Positions 1 through 13,168 of a stretch of 64,000 nt of DNA are shown here, in pieces. The DNA lies in assembly GCA_051362555.1 (NCBI GenBank), contig CM120640.1:27738503-27802502 (forward strand), given 5' to 3'. The position numbers and the translations under genes were made by a program. The notes beneath the pieces were generated by a model. The model was not told where the DNA came from, ran no database searches, and saw only the letters and a list, made by a program, of their open reading frames with translations. The stretch's first letter is position 1, and each line of letters starts with the position of its first letter. The DNA is from Lingula anatina. Taxonomy: Eukaryota; Animalia; Brachiopoda.

Positions 1-864
1 AATTGAGGCCCCATCTTCACCAACCCTGTATAATTAACTCAGTTAAGCTAGTTTGATATGAGATAATATATTGTGTATATAATTACAACAAGATCATGGC
101 AGGTAGCTGTCAAGCTATGGCACACTGAAATTAGTTTATGTAAAAATAGCTGCAAGTTCTGAGAAAATCCTGTCGCAGGAATTCCTACAAAAACTTTGCC
201 TCAAAACATGTCAAGTGATATATCTAGATGGCATTTGTATCTAGTATGTGCAGATTTAAGTGTCCAGCATCCTGTATACAAGAGTACATTTCCCTACATT
301 TGTTAGCGATACAGACCCATCATGTATTCAAGTTATCAATTCCGGCCAGCACTTCCCATATCCTGTGTCCATAATTGCTTCATTTATCAGTGTATAATAC
401 AAACATTAGACGGTGATATATGTTAATGAGGAAGTGAGTTGCATTGCAAACTCAGGGCTTGCACTCACAGTTTCGTCTCTTTTATAACCTGAACACAGAT
501 CTTAAGTTCCCAACAAATTCTCAGAAACTCAGGGCAGTCATTGGTATACCTATAGGCTGAGTGAGTTGTTCAGTAAATTTATTCATTTACTTAATTTGTG
601 ATGTGTTTTTGAAAATAAAAATAAAATAAAATATCATCTCTCCAAAGCAGCTTGTAAAGGTATGTCGAAATGCTACAACTAAACCTAATAGAAAATTAAA
701 GAAAAATTGAGAGGAAAACTGTGGGTTGTAGGGGAGGTAGGAATAGAGGAAGAGAGCGTTTCCAATATGACAAATGTTCCAATCTTTATACTGTTATCTA
801 CATCTTAGGCAATGTAATATTTCCTTTAATATCAGTGGATTATTGTGTTTATTGGTCTTCTCAC

Positions 865-3800
865 CTCCTCCTGCATCCCAAGTTCCTTTTCAAAGTCATC
901 ATCCAGGAGACCATCTGGGGTCATGGCCCCACTGCGCAGCACCGAGTTGGGATCATCCGGATTGGGAAGTTCTAAAAGAGCAGATAACAAATCTTATTAT
1001 ACAGAAAGCAATTCAAGTATAACCCATTATACTTATCTAATTAAAAAAGATGCTACACTGCGGGCTGTTCTTAAACAAGTGGCAAAGAACATGTTCACGG
1101 CAAAGATGTAAGATTAATAACACTGCAATCTGCCTGAAACCATCTGCTGAATATGATCACTTTGCTATGGGACCGTTCATAGTGAATTATGACGACCTAA
1201 CAAATGTGCACAAAGTCCAAGAGGACTCTTGCTGAATGTAATCAGCTTAACAGACTAACATTCATCGTCCTGCCCTTCAGTTCCTGAAGTAGAATATATA
1301 GAAAAACTGATGATTTCACAAGTATGTTGGAAATGAGAGGAGGCCTTTGTTAGGTCCACAAATTTCATTGTGAACCATTCCTATGACTTGCCAAAGCTGA
1401 CATAAAAGTACCTTACTTAAAAATATTACATATAGTGCTTACATTAGGAAAAAAGGATAGTTAAGGTAATTTTTTGTACTGGAATGAGGCAAACTAATTA
1501 TTCTTTAGGAATTATTTTGAAATACGTCTCTCAAGTGAGATTAACAGACGTTTAACATTTAAAACCAACAATGACACACACATGCAGACAAACACATAAA
1601 AACTATAACCACAAGCTTACATCAATATGTAAACCAACATGACATTCTATACACACACCTCCTACAGCAAGTTGACAAAAGAGATTGTAATGCACTATTC
1701 ACCTGCTCAAGATGATTTAGCCAGTCAGGTTTAAATATACATGTGAGGAGTGAAGGACATACACTGTAGGCGTGTCTTATTTCACCTGTAGGATCTCTTT
1801 CTTGAGGAGAAAGAGATTTTATCCATTTGTTTATAAAGTTTTCTTCTAGAGTATGTTTTATGTGTGTTGAATGCATATTCATCCAAAGTGTTATCATTGG
1901 TTACATATGCCAACACACACACACACACACGCACACACACACACACACACACCCCTCCTCAAAATGTGCTTGCATGTGCATACGCACACGAGTGCATGCA
2001 TGCAAGCACACACATACTCACACACACAAACTTACTTCTAAACTTATTTGTATAATAAGCAACATTTATTTTCACACTTGTACATACAGGTAATTTAATT
2101 ATTAAAATTCCACAAGTATCTTAACCACCTGTAATACCAGCCTCGGTGGTGTATGGAGATAAGGGTCAGTGATTTTCTTACTACTTGGATCACACCTGCA
2201 TAGTGGTTTACTATTATCATCCATACAAAATAACCAGTTCTGACAATTCGGAATGCCCTTGCTGGTTGTAAATATCATCACTATTTTATCTAATGACTAT
2301 ATTACCAACTGTCAGTTTTGGATCTTAATCTATTTGATGAATGAATGAATGAATGAGTGAATGAATAAATCTTAAAATTACTTGCTTTCTAGTATATTAA
2401 TTTCCTTAAAAGATGCAAGTTTATAATGGAAGTGAAGTTATATAGGAGATTGACAATCATTCTGATTGTACATTTATGAACACTTCAATACAATGAAGAC
2501 ATTGCTTCTACAATGTAGCTACTAGCACTAGAACATGTATTACAATTGTTCAGGTCTAACACATCCTGTTCTCCTCATATAGTATCTGATGACAATAATT
2601 GTGACAACTGAGGTGACACCACTTAATACTCAGATAGCATGCAGCATGCAAACAAGCTAGAAAAATGGCTCTATTTCTTCAAGTCAAAACTCCCATTTCT
2701 TCATTCTTTATGGTATAGCTTTGACCACTACTCAAATGCTGCATCCAAAGAAATATGTACAACTCACTAGCTATAAGTGAATATTTCTACAAGCAATATA
2801 TACATGAAACTCATTAACTCAGTAGAAGGATGTGCATCATTCCAACACTCAGACAACTCTTCTGACAATGTTTCAGATAATTGGCTATTTGGGCAACATT
2901 TCATTACCAAACTGGTACCCAATTTATTTCTGCCTGAGGCACATCTAGTAAATGAATAAAAACAATCTATGCCGTTACACAAACAAGTATATGACAAGTA
3001 AAACACTAAAAACGCAAATGGGTAAATTAAGAGAAAAACACATCAAAGGAATGGGTATACTGGTATCTACCCTTGGGCAGTGTGTCCAGCCTTTCCTCTA
3101 ACCCTGGGGCACATAGAGGCAAACCTTCTGTCTCTGGACTGGCTGCTTAAATAGATAAATGACATACAAACGGGAATGCCCTTCATGTACAGGCAAAATG
3201 TGCTGCATACTGTATATGCTGTCTCTTTGTAGACAGGTGAATCATTTAGTTGGTTTGGTTTATCTAAAACAGATTTTACTTTTGGCACTTACATTATTTT
3301 CAGGAATACTTTTCAGTTATTTGGTCTTATTTGACTTGTCTTGTTTATAAATCAGTAAGTCTCACAACTAGCATAACAGCACTCATTTTTGCAAATTTGC
3401 AACATTTTTACCTTAATTGCTTCAACCCTTAAAACCAAATACCAAGCTGTTCAATACTGTGTGCTTCACCAGTATCATAGCTTTAAGGGATGTAATGTCC
3501 ATAATTAACTTTTTATCTTTTGTGTGATCCATGACCGCCATCAAATGTACAACTGTATCGTCACCATTTGTAAAAAGGACGAGTGACATGTTTGCCTATC
3601 GTCTCCAAAGTAGCAATCACATTGAGAGATGTGCTACATACATACTGTACATACATAATTTAAACACCAGAAATATAACCTCATTAACTGAAAACTAATG
3701 TACAATATGTATGTGCCAGTAAGCCTGCCAGTCACATAAATGCTGAGATGATCTACAGCAGTCCTACTGAAATGTAATGCTTTTTATACAGGTATTATTC

Positions 3801-6800
3801 TTTAATTAGCAGCTTCAATGTTTTAATTAAGAAAGTAGTCAAAGCTGTTTAAAAGAAGCAAAGACATACATGTAGGACCTAAATTCAATATAATAGTGGA
3901 ACTGTGTAAATAAAAAGGGTAAGAAAATAGATCATTTCAGTTATGAGGCAAGAAAGTACAATATCAGCAGATACATTTAGGGATATTAACTGCACAAACC
4001 TTGATTGGCTGCAAACTCAAGACTGAAGTTCAAGTCATCATCAAATTCAAACTGTGGTTCTTCTAAGCCATCCCATTCAAAACCAGCACTGCCACTTCTC
4101 TCTAGAGCTGAAATACAATCAAAACAAAGCTTTTTATTATATTTATATATGGCCAAAAACAAAGAAGATTAATAAATAGATTAAAACCAAAACAAATATA
4201 GTAGATAATACATTCACAGCTGAGATAATTTAAAAAAAGAAGAAAAAAAAAAAAAACACAACATACATCCAAGCTGTACTGGTGGTTTAGAATTCAACTG
4301 CAAAAAATGGTTGTAATTAATTTGTCTTTTTTTCAACTTGTAGTACAGTACTATTATTGGTTAGGCTATATTAACAAGCCTTCTGATCTCAGGCTTTACT
4401 TACCAAACACATCAACAATACAAGTGAGAAATTGAGATAAAGTGACTTCAGGAAAAAAGTGCCAAATTTATAAACAGACAGAAACAAATGCTGTCAGGCT
4501 GACAAATTAACAATTGACATTTATGCCAGAAGCTCAAGAAACTTGGCACATCTGATTCAATTTGATAGAAAAACAAGGCAGCAAAGCTGTCAAATGTACA
4601 GACAAAAAAGCAGGAAAAAAACAAAATAGGGCACTGTCAATTCTGATGCAAAAGTACATTACAGACATGCTGAAACTGTCGGTCCGATCGGTCATGACCG
4701 GCAAAATTTGTCTGGACCAGTAAAAAATTGTACTGTGTCGGTCCAAAGGACCGACAAGAGTTTTAGGCGCCGCCATTTTGAATTAACAGTTATCGTTCGA
4801 TGTGCTTCAGAAATAAAATTATATAAAATCCACATCATTTTTTCTTTCATTTACTAATCTAGCGACACGTAAAAATGACCACATTTTGGTAACATTCACT
4901 TACTAAGTACGAGAGCCAATCATATTATCCCTCTCAAACGAATGGGTACTTCCCCATGGGGAATCCCCCTGCTCTCGATATTACGCGCCCTGTCATTGGT
5001 ATATTGGCCGCGACATACAGACAGCTATCACGAGGGCGGTCCACGCTGCCAAGCACATGTAAACATGCAGGAAAAATGTTTACTGCTAAACTTGGACACC
5101 TGACTCATTTCTCAAGAACAATTATTCATGTGGGAACCAAGGATAATGACGCCTGGCCTTCAAAGGTACGTATACATCGTTATTCGTTCTTTTTTTGGGA
5201 AAAAAAAACGTTGATAGTGCATGGAAATGAGGTCACCCGATTCAACCAGTAAAAACGATTTCAGAATTATAGAACTGAATCTCATGCGTAATTAGTGGTG
5301 ATTGTAACGATATCTAACTTATGGGTACTTTCGTTTGCATTCAGCTTATACGCAGCAGTGCCTTCTGCATAGCGACGTTTTAGGTAAAGAAAGTTTGACA
5401 GTTCGGCCGCTTCCTACCTACCGAAAAAACTTGATCCATGGTGTATGAACGTAATGTTTCACAGATTTTAAATATCCAGTAAGCATAAACGCGATACCAG
5501 TTACCACTACCAGTTACAGTTTTCATTTTATCAATATTTTTATTATTTCAGATTATGATATCGTCGAGTCCTGACCAGGAAGCCGTTCGTTTCCATGCAG
5601 AAAAGACAGATACAGTGAAGTGGCTAGCATGTTTCATGCATTGGCACTCCCATTCAGACTATAATATGTACTGTTTGCGTAGCATCAAAATTTGCAAATT
5701 ATTTTCAAGGATAGGAGAAATTGACCAACAGCAAACTTTGCTATTGTTGAACAGTGGGAATTCATTTAATTTTTTATCAAATTCATTTCACATTGAAATA
5801 ACTCAACATTAAATTTTTGGAGAAATTGATCATGATAAAATTTAAAATTAACCTCAATTTATGACATGGATATGAAATATATGATGAATTCCTTGCTTTT
5901 CTACCATATATCATTAAAACATACTATAATACATGTAGGTGAGACACTTGCCAGAATGGCATGTCCTGAAAAATTAAGCCGTACGCGCTGTACTATTGAA
6001 TTAAAGGACAAAGTGTGAAATTCAAGGACTTTCAAAGGAAGAAACAAATTCAAGCTCTTTTAAAGGCCTGTATGAACCCTGGAACTTGTGAAATGAGAAC
6101 AAAAATAAAGCAGTGCTTCACAAGTGTCAGTTTTTGTTTTTAAAATTTACAACATGTCCAAATTATTTAATAGTATTACTGAATATGTATTTACAAGAAA
6201 TACTTCTGTGTACTACTATGCAAACAAAACATTTCCATCACTGAATGGAAAATTTTCGGTCCGGCAAAAGTCCATTCGGTCCGGCAAAGTTTTCTTCACT
6301 GCCGGTCCGAATGTCCGGCAGTTCTGAAAAGTTTTCAGCATGTCTGCATTATGTTAAACTGCAAATTCAACATCAAATTTTAATTATGCTCAACAGGTAA
6401 TTCCAATGTAAGTAAAATGTGTAACAAGCATAAGGCTTCAGGCCCATGGGAGTTCAAGTTCACACTTTGAAAAGAATCCAATTAGACTGCTCTTCCAACT
6501 CAGGCTGCATGCCGATTTTCAAACTTGACCTGCGTTTTAGTAAGATCGATTTTTCCTGTGAGTTTCATGACAACAGGCCTATCAGTTTTCCTTGAAATGT
6601 GTTTACAGTGTTGCATATATGCTGAAAAATGAAAAAACAGCATAACTTCTACAATAATGGCCCAATCATGCCGATTTTCGCAACTTGACCTGCGTTTTAT
6701 GAATATTCATCAGCTCTGTAAATATAAAGCCAGAAAGTAAAACTGCCTTCCACTTATCGTGTTTACAAGGAAAGTGCACGGCGACGATGGCGACACCGAC

Positions 6801-9800
6801 AATGACACATCTGTGTCTGTACATAAAAATGCCAAAATGTAAACAAGACAGTACCATTTCAACATGGTTTATTTCCATTTTTAACACTTTTTTAACATAA
6901 AACAAAATTAACATTTTACTGCCATTTTTATATGATCAACTTAGAAAATTGATGAGATGTGAAAAATATCAATAGAACAGTGTTAAATGTCCAATTTCTT
7001 CCATTCTGAGATTCTGAACATAGTGAATGATTGAATCTGACAAACTGCAATGATATGAGTTTATTTCCATTTTTGACAGTGCCAGTATGTGAGTGTTTGC
7101 TTATATCAACCCTATTATTATGTACAATTTATGAACCCAGTTTTATCATTTCATGATTGGGTTATAAATATATCTCTTTTTTTCAAGTAGGAGGTGTAGT
7201 TTAAATATACTACTTAATACTATTTAGAATACTTTTAGAATTTAACACCCTTATAATATTCAACTCACATCTTAACATGCATCTCTCCATGTAGTTTGAT
7301 CAAGATACATGTACTAGTACATATATTAAACCTATTAGTTACATTCACTTAGCAAGATAATTTATGTTGAGTTGTCCATAAACAGAAAAATCAACCTAGA
7401 TTGGTTATATTTATTAGACTGGCTTTCAGTTTGGCTGACAGATTTTGCACTTTATTAATTTAAAATATTGATTAATTACAGGTCAGTCTTGATGAAAAAG
7501 CAGCAGGATAAATGGGGTTAATGGTGGAGTAGATAAAAGGAGCCCTATGTTGTTTGATTGCTAGGATACCTTGAGCACACTGGTTTTGATAACCTCTCTT
7601 AATGTACGCTTTCTAATAAAACACCCAGAAAAACATACTTGTAAATGCTTGTAATGTTCAACTTAAATACAGGATGTATAGTTTTTCTACCTAAGTGACA
7701 TAATGGTATATCAAGCACTTTAACACATTGACTTCTTTTGCTTACAAAACAAAATACATGTTCTTCACATTACTTCATTATTGATCAAGATTAGAAATTA
7801 TATATTACCCAATTTGGCCGTTTAAATGCTCTGTTAATCGGTATGATAATTTAACACATGATCAAATGAAAAATATATAAAATCAACAAAATGCAAGTTA
7901 AATTAGAGACTACAAACAGTTGATATACATGCTTGAAACCACCTGAGTTGAGTGCACTAAAACTGTAATTAAGAATAAAGCTAGATAAAATGTTAATCTA
8001 TCATGCAGATATGCCTCTAATGTGCAAAGGCACTGAACCAGGCTAGTATTCTAGTAACTGGAATGGAATGCTATTAGTATAAGCATCAGAATGTCATTGC
8101 TAGCTAAAGGTGACAATGAGTTTAACTACTGTGGCTAAACAAAAGGTAAAATGATCCCTTCACAATGGCAATAAAAATAGTAGGAAATGATGTAGTAAAA
8201 TAACTTACTTTGGAGAATGAAAATTTGGATATAAATTTACTAATGAGAGTGTATTTAGATGGCTTAGAAAAGGTATAATTCCATGGATATATATATAGTT
8301 GTAAGTGTTAAGAATGTATCCCAGAGATACCATCATACAGATCAGCACAATCCCTAATAGTGGAAGGCAATGCAGTCAATTTAATATGGTATAATTAAAC
8401 CTTCAACCTTGGTGATATAAATGAATATATAATAATAGTACAAGTATCCAGCACCTGGCAGTTAGTTGTATTACCTTCAATGCTATCCTCCTGGTCCTCA
8501 AATATCACACCTGTCACAGAGGAAGAGCAGATAACAACAAAGTGTCCAGAACACTATATATATATGTGGACATCAAATGCTAATTTTTATTTCAAAAATT
8601 CATGAACACGAGCAGAAAAGTAATGTTCAGTACCATTTATAAATATTCTGTACCTGGAATAAAAGGAGAAATTAATTGCAAGCCTCTCAGCACTGCATAC
8701 ACATATCTCTAATTCTTGTTTTAAACATGATATACCCTATTCCTGAACTTCAGATTCTTGCAGAGAACTATCAGCTGTTGAGGACCTTCACCAATATTTC
8801 ATTAATGTTTACAATGACAGTTACAAATTCATTTCATCATTTGGATTCCCAGCTCCCACATGGGAGATGTGTAACAGTTAACATTTGCCTAAGAAGTTCA
8901 ATAAGAATCTTTTTCATGACTAGTCAAAATGGCAGTTTAACAAATAGCCTTAATTTTTTTCTGGGTAGAATGCAATCTATTCCTGTAAGAAAAATATGTG
9001 ATCAGATCGGTTCTCCTTATCCTTACAAAATACTTGGCTTATCAAACCTTACTATTGTTATAGATACAAATTGCAAAATAAGGCAGACCAATGTGCTGGA
9101 TTTCTTCAGATATAAATTGTACCATCCAGATACCGTGACCTTTTCTGAAAATCTAATAATTGACAAAATACCTTTAAGCCATCTAAACTGATGAGCAGAC
9201 AGCAATATCAATCACATCTACACAGACTGCATATATCTGGTAGTAACTTTCCAATTCAGTAAAACTCATCTTGAAAACTGACTGAAAAAACTATGCATCT
9301 GCAGATAGACCAAAATAACAGTTAAAGAAACAAGAGTCTTCACTTGGTGAGGGGGCCTATAGCAGCACTCACCAGAGCAAAAATGCACCAGTATAGGCTG
9401 CTACATGTAGTAGTTGCTGAGTGTTTTATCTGTATGTCCATCTTTTAATTTCATATTAAACAGTCCTGTAGTCTCTAGTCATCCACTTTTATCAAGTTAG
9501 GCATAATTAAATGCATGACACCCATACAATGATGTACTACATATATCATGTGCAAGGAGACTACAAGCAAGCATATATCTTACAGTAACATGCATGCAAT
9601 AACCAACACATTCAGTGCCCCCCCCCCTCTCTAAATATAAATTATCACTGACATATCTAGGTAAAACTGCCACTGATAATAATGAAATCTTTGCATTTAT
9701 GAGTAGTTAAGTAGTTAAGAATTGTTGTCAGATAACTTTCACACAAAATATACTTAATTTAAATAAACTACATGTACCCAGTAGTAAACTGGATGTCTGA

Positions 9801-10119
9801 AATGTCTGGAAATAACTGAACAAGTTTGTACATATATGATATAGTATAGCACAGATTCGTGAACCAAATTTACTAAAATTCACAAAAGTCATAATATCAA
9901 GCAATGTACCCTTTCCCCTTGTGTTCTTTACAGTTTTCAACATAAACTAAAACAATGTCAACAAAACATTCAGTGGCGGCCTGGTTACACACCTGAGCGT
10001 CTTGAGGCTGAAGAAAGTCTCCCTTTTAGAGAGTCTGGTCTTGTGGCACTACTGGCACTTCCCTGTCTTTGTACAGGTGTCTTGACGGGCGTGTCACCGT
10101 CCCCTTTAGCGTCCTCCAT
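865..10119 (-). CDS. Uncharacterised protein with acidic, low-complexity N-terminus; first 4 coding exons, gene continues past the left edge
   Basis: Phase-consistent GT-AG exons 9993-10119 (ATG; MEDAKGDGDTPVKTPVQRQGSASSATRPDSLKGRLSSASRRS), 8475-8510 (GVIFEDQEDSIE), 4000-4107 (ALERSGSAGFEWDGLEEPQFEFDDDLNFSLEFAANQ), 865-971 (ELPNPDDPNSVLRSGAMTPDGLLDDDFEKELGMQEE). Intron phases 1,1,1,0 join without stops. Family not identified. Confidence 0.75.
1912..1951. repeat. (CA)n microsatellite
   Basis: Direct observation, one CG interruption. Confidence 0.95.
4662..6346. mobile_element. Non-autonomous TIR DNA transposon (1685 bp), CAG termini, 5-bp TSD; hAT-like (hAT5-type) candidate
   Basis: Perfect 14-bp TIR CAGACATGCTGAAA (4662-4675) / TTTCAGCATGTCTG (6333-6346); CATTA duplicated at 4657-4661 and 6347-6351; repeated subterminal GGTCCG/CCGGCA motifs at both ends; no transposase ORF seen. 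Confidence 0.85.
6347..7080 (-). repeat. Dispersed repeat (Helitron/Helentron-associated-like) fragments, homologous to 40430-41850
   Basis: 6360-6470 aligns by eye to the reverse complement of about 41640-41745; 6985-7080 to about 40480-40575; internal duplication CATGCCGATTTTC..AACTTGACCTGCGTTTTA at about 6508 and 6667. Superfamily assignment is inference. Confidence 0.65.
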
Positions 10120-10205
10120 GGACTATCACCACCAGTACGTGTAGCGATTTCAGATTAAGGTAACGTAAACACTTCTTTTAAGTTCAACTAAAGCCGTTTC
10201 CCAGT

Positions 10206-10213
10206 TGACGTCA
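10206..10213. promoter_or_regulatory. Full palindromic CRE (TGACGTCA) just upstream of the acidic-protein gene start
   Basis: Exact TGACGTCA about 87 bp upstream of the ATG at 10119, in a CpG-containing promoter-like stretch; function not shown. Confidence 0.4.
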
Positions 10214-11375
10214 TATCACTGATGGCAGATTCAGTATTGAACTAGTGCAAATCACCATTCTATAGTGTTAAGAAAAATATTATCTGGCTTATATATTGTA
10301 AAATCACAACCAAAATATCAACAGTCAGTTGCTGTCACTCCCCTACTTCAATCTGGACTTCTGTGGTCGTAAAAGTCGTAAGAGGTGTCTCTAACGCAAT
10401 ACGGTACTAATACGCAATACAGTGTCGTAAAATATGTTCCTCAAGACCCAATCCCCAATCCTTCTCTGTGCAAAATTAGATTCCTAGAAAACGTTTAATT
10501 GGATAAATTGTTTTTTATCCCCCAAAAATGAGATTTTATTTTTAAAAAGACCAGGGTTAAGATGTTCTTTTTGTAAGAACTCTTTTTCGCCCAAAATCAA
10601 CTAAGCAATGAATTTAAGGAGATTTTTGAAAACACATAGGCCCTACTTCATAGTTGTCTTCATTTTAGTATTTTTCTTTAATACTATTATAAGCTTTTTA
10701 ATTACACGAGGAGTTACATTCTAGGAGGAAACCATATGTACCCCCAGTATTCCCGTGCGCAGATTCCATGACGCTTTCTGGTGTTACTTCTTATTTTTCG
10801 GATAGGCCTACATGTATTTCTTAACTGAGTCATCGTTGCTTACATAAACCCAGTAACAAAATTATGAATAAATATCCATACAAAAATATGTAGTAACGTA
10901 ATACGTTGATAAAATTCAAGATGAAGTGGTTGCTGAATGTGTTTTCTTCACCTAACGCAATGAGGACTGTCTGGTCGAGAAAAAAATCGTTTCTGTGGGA
11001 TGCGACTTCGTTACTTCAAGTTAGCCATACGTGTGTATTTACACTGCTAAATCTATTTTATAGGATAAGACAAACGATTGATGTAGCCATGCTCAGGCAA
11101 GAGAAAGAACGCTTTCGTAAAGATTAAGTAGACTTTTCGTATTTAGGTACCAAAGACAACATTATTTTTCTGCAAAAATTGGATTTTATTCTTTCCCTTT
11201 TTTAATCGTCAAAGCTGGAATAAATTTTAAAAAAGGGACCAGGACAGTCTTTTTATACAGCATAGTTCTTTTCATTAGAAAGAAAGGGATTAACAACCTA
11301 TTTACATCGGCCAAACGAGCCACAGCAGAGTTTTCATTTTGATTTAATATCGAGAGCAAGCGCACAAGCTGAGAA

Positions 11376-11480
<105 letters not shown>

Positions 11481-12547
11481 ACTGATCCACTTCTGATGAC
11501 GACCTATCTTAAAACTAAGTCCGCACAAAAAAAAACAAGACGACGTACATAATAATAAAACCTTTTTGTTAAATTTTATTATTTATCACTGAAAGAAGTA
11601 TATGTGTATGAAATGTATAACAATAAAAATACATTTAGTAAAACATTAAGGTCAATAAGATAATAAGATTGGATGTTGCGTGAATTTGGCAATTTCTCCA
11701 ACGGAAACACGAATATCAATCACATTTTAACCGTATCACAATTCAAAATGCCTTTGCGACCTCTTACGGCCCGCTTCAAAAAGAAAGAACAAAAAAGAGA
11801 AGACAGAAAGGTAGAAAGGGAAATATTCAATTTAAAAAATGACTGGTCTACCAGTAAACTTATAACAGAAAGATGACCCCAATTTTAACAACTTATTTCA
11901 ATAAATACAATTGAGATTATACTTTCAACTTGAATAAATCTCAACACAGGCAGACCAATTTAAACCCAGGACCGAATTCAGATGTCCAGATAATTATATC
12001 AATATTTTTGTGATAATCCACCTATTGCAAAGCTTTGTGAGTAAGCTATTCATGCTAAACTAAACTGAGGCACACGTTCTTGCTTCAGGATAACCCGTTC
12101 CTAAAAAGGTGGAAGAACTGCAACCTGGATAAATCAGATCCTCATGCGCTCACTTCTTCCTCTCCCTCTCCTTCCATTTTACAGGAGAGGCTAAAAGATG
12201 GTAGATTATGAGGATACGGATTTATTCAGATTGGAAGAATGGCTACGAGTAATAGATTCTCGAGTTGCAAAGTAATAAAAATGTGCCTAAATACATACCA
12301 ATATTTTCTACATGTATATACATCTATGGATTGACTCGTTTTGCATTTACCAAAATAATGATAAGATTCATATTTACATGCGAAGATGTAATTGTGAAAA
12401 AGATATCCTCATCTTCGGCTTTATGTCAAGGATTTCTTCATACTTGTTCCCATAATTGCATAGGCTGGTTGATTTCTTGTCTGATATTTTGGATGATATA
12501 AACAGCTGTGCTTTTGTGGAAGTATAACACTATAAGCACTACACGGG

Positions 12548-12717
12548 CAGGGGCGGATCCAGAGCTTTTTTTCTGACAGTCTCCCAAATTATCTTTGTTG
12601 ATCCATTCTCCATTTTTGACCGTCTTCCGACAGAAAAAAAATAGATACAACTCAGTGTATATTTGAATATCTGACCGTCTTCCTGAAGACCCAGAATACG
12701 GCCTCAATCCGCCCCTT
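12548..12717. mobile_element. Short MITE in the SLC6 3' UTR
   Basis: Inverted termini AGGGGCGGAT (12549-12558) and ATCCGCCCCT (12707-12716), about 170 bp apart; no clean TSD. Confidence 0.5.
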
Positions 12718-12767
12718 ACGTGTCTCTTCATTCTCAGTTTTTTTTTTTCTAGTTCGTTGCACGAGAT

Positions 12768-13081
12768 TCATAGCCTGTCATCTTCGTAAGCTGGGTTTGG
12801 GACACCTGGACCAGGATCCACCTGAAGGTAGTCGTGACAAATCTGAACAAAACTGTACACAGAGATGAAATATTGATATTCATACAAAGATAGAGTGCTC
12901 ATGGTTGAGGGGAAAGATCGGTATTACATGTACCTCATTGGGGACAAATAACTGACGAAGTCTACTGCTTATTTACAGATGTAGAAGGATAAATGGTCGA
13001 AATGCACACATGGTATTGCCATATTATCCCTTACACATCCCCAGTAGATCAAATGAATCAAATAACCTTTGTGTTATTTTC

Positions 13082-13168
<87 letters not shown>

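Noticed and set aside
1702-1785. Exon-like segment (GEIRHAYSVCPSLLTCIFKPDWLNHLEQ) bounded by AG and GT in intron 3 of the acidic-protein gene
   Set aside because: Enters in phase 1 but exits in phase 0, breaking the frame with exon 865-971; weak acceptor and no other support.
2767-3006. ORF 2767..3006 as an extra exon of the acidic-protein gene
   Set aside because: The phase-compatible frame from the nearby acceptor hits a stop; no recognisable motif.
8676-9191. 171-aa + strand ORF
   Set aside because: Non-ATG start, intronic and antisense to the host gene, repeat-like AT-rich DNA, no recognisable domain.
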